This document shows positions 10,998-19,605 of a stretch of 64,000 bases of DNA, one piece after another. The DNA comes from Gammaproteobacteria bacterium (GTDB taxonomy: Bacteria > Pseudomonadota > Gammaproteobacteria > UBA9214): positions 1,026 to 65,025 of the forward strand of contig JAOUBY010000001.1 of NCBI GenBank assembly GCA_029860045.1, written 5' to 3'. Position numbers and translations under genes: made by a program. Position 1 is the stretch's first letter, and every line of letters begins with the position of its first letter. The notes under the pieces are model-generated. The model ran no database searches, was not told the origin of the DNA, and saw only the letters and a program-made list of their open reading frames with translations.

Positions 10998-11231
10998 CAA
11001 CATGCGGACTTCTTTCCGCAGCCGCATCAGTTCCTCGCGTTCATCCGCACCCAGCCCCGCACCGGGAGCCGCTTCCTCGAACTCCCGCTTCCAGCGCCGT
11101 ATCAGGTTATCCCCAATACCCAGGCTCCGGGCTGCCTCGGAGGGCTTGTAACCCTGTTCTGTTACCGGCGCCACTGCATCCCTCTTGAATTCTTCCGTGT
11201 AATCCCGTCTCTTTCTCGTCTCTGTTGTCAT
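10998..11231 (-). pseudogene. IS3-family transposase OrfA N-terminal fragment (HTH)
   Basis: MTTETRKRRDYTEEFKRDAVAPVTEQGYKPSEAARSLGIGDNLIRRWKREF...LMRLRKEVRML, then unrelated residues; no orfB downstream. Confidence 0.6.
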
Positions 11232-11294
11232 TCCTCGCCTCGTTATGGCATTTTACAGCCTTAACCTGGTGTCCGAATTAAGTAGGCCACTTCA
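10998..11294 (-). mobile_element. truncated IS3-family (IS3-group) element remnant: left IR plus 5' part of orfA
   Basis: Terminal sequence TGAAGTGGCCTACTTAATTCGGACACCAGGTTAAG resembles the IS3 left IR; orfA reading frame loses similarity about 12 nt past the guaA stop. Confidence 0.6.
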
Positions 11295-11381
11295 AGCATA
11301 CAGGGGTTGCTGAAAATGACTTGCCGCAGGACCTGCCGCGTTCACTGCAGATCGATATCAAGGCATAGAAGGAGTCGTCCT

Positions 11382-13130
11382 GTGAAAGGGCAAGGTAAGT
11401 CTGTGCTACTTATGGCCTTTACAGCATTAGCTTCGGTAATCGGGCTTTTGTTTGGCGGACTACTCGGGATTTGGCCGGCTGATGCATGGGCGGCTATTGA
11501 GTTGGGCACCGGTAATAAATCCGTGGCGGAACTGGGCGCACTGGTTCTCGGGGGGATCGGGATTTTCCTGGTCGGGATTCATTTTGCCGGTGAACATTTT
11601 CAGCAAATGACCGGTAGCGGTTTTCGGGAAAAAGTCACGAATGTCAGCGAGCGTGGGATCGGCGAGTTATTTGCCGGCCTGTTCCTGGGCTTCTTTACCC
11701 AGAGCGGCAAGGCTGTCGCATTCATCCTGGCTGGTTTTGTGCAGGCGAATCTACTGAAAGTCAGGGAAAGCGGGCCGATCATCTTCTGGGGCAATGTTGG
11801 CAGCAGCCTGATCATCTTTTTATCCATGCTGACGATTAAAGTCTTTGCGCTGATCGTGCTTGGCGTGACAGCGCTCGGGCTGACATTTCGCGCTCCCAGG
11901 AAACTGGTGCATGCTCATGGCGCGCTCTTCGGCATCGCCATGATCATGTACGGGCTATTCCTGGTCAAGGAGGGTGCGGGTGGATTCGCGGGAAGTGCCT
12001 GGGTACACACCGTGCTGGAAGGCATGGCCGGTCTTTACCTGCCCGCATTCCTGGCCGGGATGCTGCTGACAGTACTGATCCAGTCCAATATAGCCATGGT
12101 ACTGATTGCAGTCGCGCTGGCTTCCGCCGGATTGTTGAGCCTGGAAGAGGCTGCGATGTCGATCTATGGGGTGCAGGCCGGCACAGGTATACTGACTTAT
12201 ATATTTTCCTCGAACGTGCATGGCCGCGCCAGGCAGGTCGTCATGGGTCAGGTCGCGTTCGATGCGATTACGACCACCGTGTTTTTCCTGATCTTCTTTG
12301 TGGAGAGCTTTTCCGGCCTGCCCCTGGTGTTGACCCTCGCAAGGACTGTCGTCGGAGATCCGGGCGGTCAGGTGATTGTTTTGGCATTGGGGTTTCAACT
12401 GGCGGGTGCGTTGATTCTTCTGACAGTCAGGAAACCTGTGTACGATTTCATCGAGCAGCGCTTTCCGCCATCCACAGCAGAGATACTTTCGGCCACTGAA
12501 TTCCTGCATGACCGGGCGGCAGAGAGCCCCAGTACGGCGTTACTGCTGCTTGAGAAAGAGCAATCCCGGTTGCTGGGAAGGTTGCCGGCGTATATCGATT
12601 TTGCGCGGCCGGAAACCGATCGGGCCGGCTTGCCGAGCCCTGCGGATTACCATGACGCATTCGGGAGTATCAACCAAACGATTAGTGCTACATTCAGCGC
12701 GATGTCGAGGAGGCGCCTGGCAACGGAAGTATCGGAAAGGCTGATACAGGTCGCAAAATCACAGGAGCAGCTTGTCAGCCTGGAGGGTTACGTGTATCAG
12801 CTCGTCAGTCACTTCTCCACCGTTGATCATGGCGGAAAGGCTGAAGAACTCGGGCGAAACATTCTGGAAAGCGTCGACTTCATGATTCTGACTGCAATCG
12901 ATGCAATAGAGTCCAAAGACAGTGGGGAGGTCGAGACGCTGGAACAGCTGACCCAGGATCGTACCGAGATGATGAAGAGGTTACGGCAGAATTATTTCGC
13001 CAGCGAACGGCAAATGACAGAAACTGAACGCAATTTCGTGCTCGATGTCACGATGTTGCTGGAGAATGTGGTCCAGACACTGGCGCGTTATGGCGGATTG
13101 CTTGAGTCTGAGGCAGGCGCTCCGGGTTAG
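11382..13130 (+). CDS. Na+/phosphate cotransporter family protein (NptA/YjbB-like) with C-terminal PhoU-like domain
   Basis: Multi-TM N-terminal half with duplicated Na/Pi-cotransporter repeats; soluble helical C-terminal half. Start taken as GTG 11382 with AAGGAG RBS (alternative ATG 11412); the ORF-track N-extension from 11307 was rejected. Confidence 0.7.
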   Translation: MKGQGKSVLLMAFTALASVIGLLFGGLLGIWPADAWAAIELGTGNKSVAELGALVLGGIGIFLVGIHFAGEHFQQMTGSGFREKVTNVSERGIGELFAGLFLGFFTQSGKAVAFILAGFVQANLLKVRESGPIIFWGNVGSSLIIFLSMLTIKVFALIVLGVTALGLTFRAPRKLVHAHGALFGIAMIMYGLFLVKEGAGGFAGSAWVHTVLEGMAGLYLPAFLAGMLLTVLIQSNIAMVLIAVALASAGLLSLEEAAMSIYGVQAGTGILTYIFSSNVHGRARQVVMGQVAFDAITTTVFFLIFFVESFSGLPLVLTLARTVVGDPGGQVIVLALGFQLAGALILLTVRKPVYDFIEQRFPPSTAEILSATEFLHDRAAESPSTALLLLEKEQSRLLGRLPAYIDFARPETDRAGLPSPADYHDAFGSINQTISATFSAMSRRRLATEVSERLIQVAKSQEQLVSLEGYVYQLVSHFSTVDHGGKAEELGRNILESVDFMILTAIDAIESKDSGEVETLEQLTQDRTEMMKRLRQNYFASERQMTETERNFVLDVTMLLENVVQTLARYGGLLESEAGAPG

Positions 13131-13137
13131 TGTCGTT

Positions 13138-13596
13138 GTGCATTACTCACTTACCCTGAATAACCAACTCACGGATATTGCTCACCTGAATGAGAGCATC
13201 GAGAGTTTTTCGATCCGCGCAGGACTGAATCAACGGCTTTCGCTGCAGATGAAAGTAGTGTTGGATGAAATCGTCGGGAACATTATTAAATACGGTTTTA
13301 CAGACAACCGGAACTCATCTGGCAAAATCAATGTCGAAATAGCGATATCCAGTGACACCCTGATTCTGATCGTCACTGACAATGCTCGATTCTTCAACCC
13401 ACTGACTCAATCCAGGCCTGATTTATCAAGCAATCCCGAAAACAGAGAATTAGGCGGCCTGGGCATCTACATTGTTGGTAAAATCATGGACGAAATGCAG
13501 TATCAGCGAATCGACGGCAAAAATGTGCTGACATTGTCCAAAAGCATCCCGGATGAATCTGTCAGTGGTGATCGACCTGACTCGAAAACCATTTAA
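13138..13596 (+). CDS. anti-sigma regulatory factor / serine-protein kinase (RsbW/SpoIIAB-like HATPase)
   Basis: HATPase_c_2-like (ELGGLGIYIVGKIMDEMQY G-box); likely GTG start 13138 just after the upstream stop (ORF-track ATG 13045 would overlap it by 86 nt). Confidence 0.7.
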   Translation: MHYSLTLNNQLTDIAHLNESIESFSIRAGLNQRLSLQMKVVLDEIVGNIIKYGFTDNRNSSGKINVEIAISSDTLILIVTDNARFFNPLTQSRPDLSSNPENRELGGLGIYIVGKIMDEMQYQRIDGKNVLTLSKSIPDESVSGDRPDSKTI

Positions 13597-13608
13597 CGGA
13601 AAATTTGT

Positions 13609-13950
13609 ATGAAAGTTATTCTGACTTACACGGAAAGTATATTGGTTGCACAATTTAACGGCAGCCTGGACACAGTCACGGCGCCCGAGGCTGAAACACA
13701 ACTGATGAACAAGGTTGATGAGGGTGCAAAATTCATCGTGATTGATTTTGGTATGACAGAATATATTGCCAGCTCCGGCCTGCGGGTGCTGCTGAAGCTT
13801 TCCAGGACATTAAAGAAGCAGGGAGGCCGTGTTTCTCTTTGCCGGGGTAATCAGCAGGTGCAGGAAGTGCTGGAGATCAGCGGTTTCCTGCAAATATTTG
13901 AGCATTTTCCTACTCTGGAAGAGGCGATGAATTCTGTCACTATGGCGTAA
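13609..13950 (+). CDS. STAS-domain anti-sigma-factor antagonist (SpoIIAA/RsbV-like)
   Basis: 113 aa; conserved phosphorylatable Ser in DFGMTEYIASSGLRVLL. Confidence 0.8.
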   Translation: MKVILTYTESILVAQFNGSLDTVTAPEAETQLMNKVDEGAKFIVIDFGMTEYIASSGLRVLLKLSRTLKKQGGRVSLCRGNQQVQEVLEISGFLQIFEHFPTLEEAMNSVTMA

Positions 13951-13965
13951 GCATCCCAGCGACTG

Positions 13966-15552
13966 TTAACACTTGTCATCCAGCCTGGTATGAATCGCCA
14001 TCATCGTAATGTCATCTGCCTGTGGTGCTTCATCCGCAAATCGATCAATATCTTCAATCACAGCTTTTAATATCGTCTCAGGGTTGGCCTTTAACTGCCC
14101 ATTTAAAAGTTCCACAAGGCGCGGCACGGAATATAATTGCCCTTCCATGTCTTTCGCCTCGGTCACGCCATCGGTGTATAAAAACAGGGTGTCACTGCTC
14201 GAAAGTTGATGATTCCCATTTTCGTACACGGCCTTATCCAGTACGCCCAGGGCGATACCCGGCTTGCATTCCAGGTTTGTAACACCATCTGCAGGCGATA
14301 AAACAAACGGCGAATCGTGCCCGGCTGAGCAGTACACCAGTTTGCCAGTCTGTAAATCCAGCACGCCGCAAAATACCGTCACGAACATGCAGGCATCATT
14401 GTTGACACACAGCTCCCTGTTAACCGATTGCAGCAAATCGCCGGGTTGGGAATAATTATTGGCCTTGGTCCTTAGCAAGGTGCAGGTCATTGACATGAAT
14501 AATGCCGCTGGCACGCCTTTACCGGCAACATCACCGATTACAAAAAACAGCTTTCTGCCAAACTCACCGGTTTTTGAATCTGCGCCGTGTTCGCCCAGGT
14601 AAAAACAATCGAAAAGATCTCCGCCCACTTCTTTGGCCGAGCGCACCATGGCATAAACAATTACGTTCTTGTGCAGTTTCTTCAAGGTGGCCTGATCCGG
14701 CAGCATTTTTAGCTGGATTTCCCTGGCTACAGCCAGTTCAGTGTTAATCCGCTCCTGGGCTGCGACATTGCTGGCCAGGGTTTTAACTGATTCTGCGAGG
14801 GCGTCCTCCATGAAAATAAATGATTTGGCCAGCTCGCCAATTTCATCGTGTGAGTGACTGGTCAGTCGCGCAATTTCGTGCTTGAAGCAGTCGATATTTT
14901 CAATATCCACGCTGGCCAGTTTTTCAGCGTGCCGGTTCAGAACAGTTAAGGGCTGCGAGATTTTATCGATCAGAAAGTACGTAATGATGATACTCAGGAT
15001 CATTAATAATAAAACGATGCCCTGCTGCTGCAGGATAATAGACAGAATCTGATCCTTGATCAGGCTTTTATCCATACCCACCAGCACGTAACCCGCCTCA
15101 CCGCCTAAAATGGGTGAAACAATGTTTTGATGACGCTCCATTTCGTGGATGTCATTGTCAAACGTACCGGCCCGGTGGTTTACCAGGTCAAGCTTCAAAT
15201 TGTGCGTGAGTTGCGCAATATCATTCGGGATACCCGGAACAAAAGTGTGTGCAACGATGTCACCCGCCCTGTCGGCTATTAACACATGAGAAACACCCTC
15301 AACTCCCAGGTATTCATCAATCGTGGATTGCAGTGCCGCCGGGTTATCTGCCATCAGGGCCGCAATGCTCGCTTCGGCCAGAATGCTGCCGATAGAATGG
15401 CCTTTGACGTCAAACTCCTGTGTCATGCCGGTGTAGATCGACCAGGCAGATAATATTGAGATGCTGGTCGAGATCAACCCGAACAGCACCACTACAACAA
15501 TGAGAGTTTTTTTAAAGAGGCGGGACACCGGGACTCCAGCCTGACCAATCAT
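13966..15552 (-). CDS. membrane HAMP-PP2C (SpoIIE/RsbU-type) serine phosphatase with periplasmic sensor domain
   Basis: 528 aa; two TM segments flanking a ~130-aa periplasmic region, a HAMP-like linker, then PP2C motifs (GGDLFDCF, VIGDVAGKG, DGVTE); convergent with the STAS gene. Confidence 0.8.
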   Translation of the reverse strand: MIGQAGVPVSRLFKKTLIVVVVLFGLISTSISILSAWSIYTGMTQEFDVKGHSIGSILAEASIAALMADNPAALQSTIDEYLGVEGVSHVLIADRAGDIVAHTFVPGIPNDIAQLTHNLKLDLVNHRAGTFDNDIHEMERHQNIVSPILGGEAGYVLVGMDKSLIKDQILSIILQQQGIVLLLMILSIIITYFLIDKISQPLTVLNRHAEKLASVDIENIDCFKHEIARLTSHSHDEIGELAKSFIFMEDALAESVKTLASNVAAQERINTELAVAREIQLKMLPDQATLKKLHKNVIVYAMVRSAKEVGGDLFDCFYLGEHGADSKTGEFGRKLFFVIGDVAGKGVPAALFMSMTCTLLRTKANNYSQPGDLLQSVNRELCVNNDACMFVTVFCGVLDLQTGKLVYCSAGHDSPFVLSPADGVTNLECKPGIALGVLDKAVYENGNHQLSSSDTLFLYTDGVTEAKDMEGQLYSVPRLVELLNGQLKANPETILKAVIEDIDRFADEAPQADDITMMAIHTRLDDKC

Positions 15553-16744
15553 CGATGCTCACATAATGCCCATCCTGTACGGTGTTGAAATAAACGCTTT
15601 GCAGGCCCTGGTTATTTGCCTCGCTAAAATGCACGCGTTCACCAATCCCGATATCATGGTCAACCAGGGTATTCATGGTGCTTTTAATGTTGGCCCGGTT
15701 TATATCGCCTCCCGTACGCCGTAATATTTCGACCATCAGTTTAGCGTTTAAATAGCCCTCAAAGCTGACAAACCCCAGCTCCTCAAGATCATTTTCCTGC
15801 ATTAACCGGCGATACTCGAGCGCGGCAGGGTAACTATCGTCGTGATAGTTGGGTACCACCTCGGAATTGATCAGGTTGGCGGTGTAGTCCCTGCCGCTTG
15901 ATGATGACTCGGCTACCAGCAACCCGAGCAAACTTTCACTATCGACAAACGAGATATTTGCGATAGGTACAGCCCAATCGGCATTTCTGCTATCCCGGAT
16001 AAATCCGGCCGCGGCGGCGTAGGCGCCTATGGAAATAACCACATCCGGCGTGGATTCCCGCAAAATCTCTACCTGTTGATTAAAACTCTCGTCATAGGGC
16101 GTTCCTCTACGGTAAGTTGCTTCTCCAACAATACTCAAACCATGCTCTTTTAATGCTCTGCGCACGCCATCCCAACCGCTTCTGCCATAGGCGTCTGCCT
16201 GATAAAAAACGGCAATCCTGTCTCTGCCAATGTTGACCAGGTGATCAACCAGGCCCCTGGTTTCCTGGCGGTATGAGGGCCGCAAATTATAGGCGTAAGC
16301 GCTGAATGGCGGCTGACGCTGGGGCTCAGCACCGGTAAAGGGGAAAAACAGCAAAAGATTTTTATTGTCGTAGATATTAAGCAGTGGTAAAACGCGCGTT
16401 ACGGTAGGTGTGCCGATGTAACCGATCAGGGCGGAAACTTTATCTTCCTCAATTAATTTTAAGGTATTTTTTATGGCGGGTTCAGGGTCGTAACCATCAT
16501 CGTATTCTTGCAGACGGATTGACCTGCCGTTGATGCCACCCTGGGCATTAATATGCTCAAAGTAGACGGACATTCCATTGTACAGCGCGCTACCCAGCCT
16601 GGCCGATGTTCCGCTGAATGCCCCGGACATTCCTAGGACAATGTCAGCTTTTTGTGCTGTGGGCTCATTTTGTTTAAGTGGCTTGTCGCTCAAATCATGT
16701 TGGGCAAAACCAACTAGCGGCAGGATCATAAACAAAAGCGCCAT
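15512..16744 (-). CDS. periplasmic substrate-binding protein, type-1 PBP (LivK/branched-chain amino acid-binding-like)
   Basis: Start taken at Met14 (16744), which has an AAGG RBS and a signal peptide MALLFMILPLVGFA; Peripla_BP_6-like pattern; 3' end overlaps the phosphatase start by 41 nt. Confidence 0.7.
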   Translation of the reverse strand: MALLFMILPLVGFAQHDLSDKPLKQNEPTAQKADIVLGMSGAFSGTSARLGSALYNGMSVYFEHINAQGGINGRSIRLQEYDDGYDPEPAIKNTLKLIEEDKVSALIGYIGTPTVTRVLPLLNIYDNKNLLLFFPFTGAEPQRQPPFSAYAYNLRPSYRQETRGLVDHLVNIGRDRIAVFYQADAYGRSGWDGVRRALKEHGLSIVGEATYRRGTPYDESFNQQVEILRESTPDVVISIGAYAAAAGFIRDSRNADWAVPIANISFVDSESLLGLLVAESSSSGRDYTANLINSEVVPNYHDDSYPAALEYRRLMQENDLEELGFVSFEGYLNAKLMVEILRRTGGDINRANIKSTMNTLVDHDIGIGERVHFSEANNQGLQSVYFNTVQDGHYVSIDDWSGWSPGVPPL

Positions 16745-16782
16745 TTTATACCTTGTTGAACGGGTTCTTGCCATGGGCCACA

Positions 16783-17043
16783 TTACTCCAGAAACCCGGG
16801 CATGCGTTTCCTCTCCATCGCGTTGAGTTCGTCAATAATGTATCGGGCTCCCATCAACCTTATTTGAACCGGAAATGATTCCATCACGACGACATTCTCA
16901 TGTATCCCGTCCTCTTCCGACTCCATGACTCGCTCCAAAACGGGATCCGGCGACTCCGCGCTACCCACAATGACAGAGGAAATCATGTCTTTCTTAAAAC
17001 CCGTATCACCGCTATCCGTCATCAAGCATCCTGCGGCAATCAA
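16783..17043 (-). CDS. hypothetical small acidic protein (possible first gene of the SBP-phosphatase operon)
   Basis: 86-aa ORF ending 38 nt upstream of the SBP start; lower-GC; no recognisable motif. Confidence 0.2.
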   Translation of the reverse strand: MIAAGCLMTDSGDTGFKKDMISSVIVGSAESPDPVLERVMESEEDGIHENVVVMESFPVQIRLMGARYIIDELNAMERKRMPGFLE

Positions 17044-17282
17044 GGAATCGGCAGATAGAGCGATTTAGGGTCTGACATGAATTACACCTTGTTACTGTGT
17101 AGTAATGAATGACTGGCGGTTTCGATGCCTTGCCCTCGATGCCACCGGTTATCTCTCATCCGTTTCTTGTACCTGTGCATGACCAGCCCGATGACATCGC
17201 TAACCACGATGTAGCCATAACCGGTAATCGGCTTACGGAAATCCGGATGCGGCATCAGGTCGTTTCGCCCGCTAAATCCCCC

Positions 17283-18482
17283 TCATACGTTGAAGCGGAA
17301 GAGGTGGTAGAAATCCGTCGGGTCGGCGAACACCTGCCGGCCAGAGCCGAAGCCTGCAGCGCGGCCGAGTTCAAGCCACTGATCGGCACCCTCCGGAAAG
17401 TCACAGGTCGACACGTGATCCCACATCTGCTCCCACTCCGGCTTGCTCAGGTAGTCCCATAGCCGGAAGTTTGTCTGCAGGAAGCGTTCCAGGTAAGCCT
17501 CGCGGTCTTCGCCATTGCCACAGGTCGGCTCATAGAGGAGGAAGACACCGCCCCGTCCCAGTGCGTCGTGGATTGCCCTCAGCACGTCGAGTTTGTTGTC
17601 TGTCGCCAGATGGTGGATCGACAGGCTGCACCAGGCAACATCTGCATGCTCGGTGCGGCGTGCCAACGCCTTGAAAAAGTCCCGATGGTCGAGATCGACC
17701 TCGCAAGGCAGTTCAGCCAGGTTGGCCGCAGCCAGCTCCAGCGCCGGCTGTGACAGGTCGATGCCGTGGTAGTGTCGAACCGGGACCCCGTGCAGGGCCT
17801 CCGTCATGATGCTCGCATCGCCGCATGCAATATCGAGAAAGTCAAAGGGCGCAGTGAACCGTTCGGAGAGGGTGGCGTGCAGTATATCTTTTACCTCGCG
17901 GTGTGAGAGCGAGTTGTTCGAGACCAGCTTGCCGTAGGTGGCCCATTGCTGCTGGAACTGGCCGAGAGCCGCGGCATCCAGTACTGCGCCATCCGGTTTG
18001 AACTGATGGATGTGTACATGCCCGCTGTTGATCATTGCCTGCCTCAGTGTGCTGTTGTTACCGGTGCTGGAGACAGCGAACCCCAGGTAAGAGTAAGGGA
18101 TTACCGACTCACAGCTTATCACCCGCTTAATTATGCCCATATCCTGGTGACATTCACCATGCCCTGACGCCAATTTCTCTGCGGCGCCCAAGCGGGAGAG
18201 GGCTATCTGGCAAGGATTCCCGTGCAAAGTCACGGCGCGCTGGGCAAGATTCGTGAATTCATCCTGCGGATCACTGAACGGGTGCTCAAGAGGATCGAGC
18301 GCAGCAGCAACCGGCCCTTGCCGATCGGGATGATCAAGAAGTTGCCCTGCCGTTAGGACGGTGCGGGTTTCCAGGCCCGCGATGTGAACGGCGTCGCTCA
18401 CAGAAAGAGCTCGCGCTGGGCCGGTTGGTTGCGGTGCAGAATGAGTGCCGGCACCGGGTCGGTACACCCGTCGATCAGACAA
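17283..18482 (-). CDS. class I SAM-dependent methyltransferase (start uncertain; possibly at internal Met near 18140)
   Basis: Motif I FLDIACGDASIMTEAL and downstream MTase motifs in the C-terminal ~220 aa; the N-terminal 115 aa is Ala/Pro/Arg-rich and may not be coding. Confidence 0.6.
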   Translation of the reverse strand: MSDRRVYRPGAGTHSAPQPTGPARALSVSDAVHIAGLETRTVLTAGQLLDHPDRQGPVAAALDPLEHPFSDPQDEFTNLAQRAVTLHGNPCQIALSRLGAAEKLASGHGECHQDMGIIKRVISCESVIPYSYLGFAVSSTGNNSTLRQAMINSGHVHIHQFKPDGAVLDAAALGQFQQQWATYGKLVSNNSLSHREVKDILHATLSERFTAPFDFLDIACGDASIMTEALHGVPVRHYHGIDLSQPALELAAANLAELPCEVDLDHRDFFKALARRTEHADVAWCSLSIHHLATDNKLDVLRAIHDALGRGGVFLLYEPTCGNGEDREAYLERFLQTNFRLWDYLSKPEWEQMWDHVSTCDFPEGADQWLELGRAAGFGSGRQVFADPTDFYHLFRFNV

Positions 18483-18607
18483 GTACTGACATCAGTTTCA
18501 GCCGTTGCCGGCATCCGTAGTGTCTGACTGACTGCTAGCCTGAATAGAAACACTCCGTCACAAGGATGTGTCATGCCGCCATTGCCGGCTGGCAGGGAAG
18601 CCGGTGA

Positions 18608-18820
18608 CGTCGATACCGACAAGGCGGTGCTGCGCGACTATATCAACACGACGATCGGGTTCGAAAACTCTCCCGGGGCTTCGACAAGTCGAGCAAGAGT
18701 CTCATGCGTATGTTCGGGCCAAAAGGGAATCCCCAGGCGAGCAACCTGTTTGCGGTGATCAGTTATCTGCAGGTGCAGGAAGGTATACACTTGGAAGTCA
18801 AAGCCCGGAAGGTAGCCTAG
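18608..18820 (+). pseudogene. possible HigA-like addiction-module antidote remnant (C-terminal HTH part, frameshifted)
   Basis: Frame-2 translation ...KSLMRMFGPKGNPQASNLFAVISYLQVQEGIHLEVKA* resembles the C-terminus of TIGR02684-type antidotes; no in-frame start, N-terminal part in another frame. Confidence 0.3.
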
Positions 18821-18984
18821 GGTGCTGTGTGGCAGTGCTCAATCAGCAATTTTTCCGGGCAATTGGCAGAATTTATTGAATATGGTATTTTTCATGGTAT
18901 TACCGCCTAACACAACAAATAAGCCATTGATATTAAATTGTAAAAATGGCTCGTTTACAATCAAGTGGGAATAGCTGACTGGCT

Positions 18985-19070
18985 GTCATTGCGAACCGCG
19001 ATAGCGGCGTGGCAATCTCCTGATCAAACAGCCAGAAATCTGGAGATTGCTTCGCTTTGCTCGCAATGAC
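18985..19070. repeat. 86-bp palindromic extragenic repeat, family 2 copy 2
   Basis: GTCATTGCGAA...GGCAATCTCC...GGAGATTGC...CTCGCAATGAC; same termini as copy at 6284-6365. Confidence 0.7.
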
Positions 19071-19083
19071 GGGAGTATCTTGA

Positions 19084-19557
<474 letters not shown>

Positions 19558-19605
19558 GGCACGCGGCATTTGCCGCTAACGGATACAGGTAGTATTGTTT
19601 ACTTG

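Noticed and set aside
9355-10998. 547-aa ORF antisense to guaA
   Set aside because: Mirror frame of guaA with low-complexity composition and no motifs; guaA itself is unambiguous
11307-11381. N-terminal extension MLKMTCRRTCRVHCRSISRHRRSRPVKGQ of the Na/Pi transporter ORF
   Set aside because: Cys/Arg-rich non-protein-like peptide that runs across the IS remnant junction; a GTG with AAGGAG RBS at 11382 gives a sensible membrane-protein N-terminus
17109-17462. 117-aa plus-strand ORF overlapping the methyltransferase 3' end
   Set aside because: Overlaps the conserved MTase C-terminal coding region on the opposite strand; composition not protein-like
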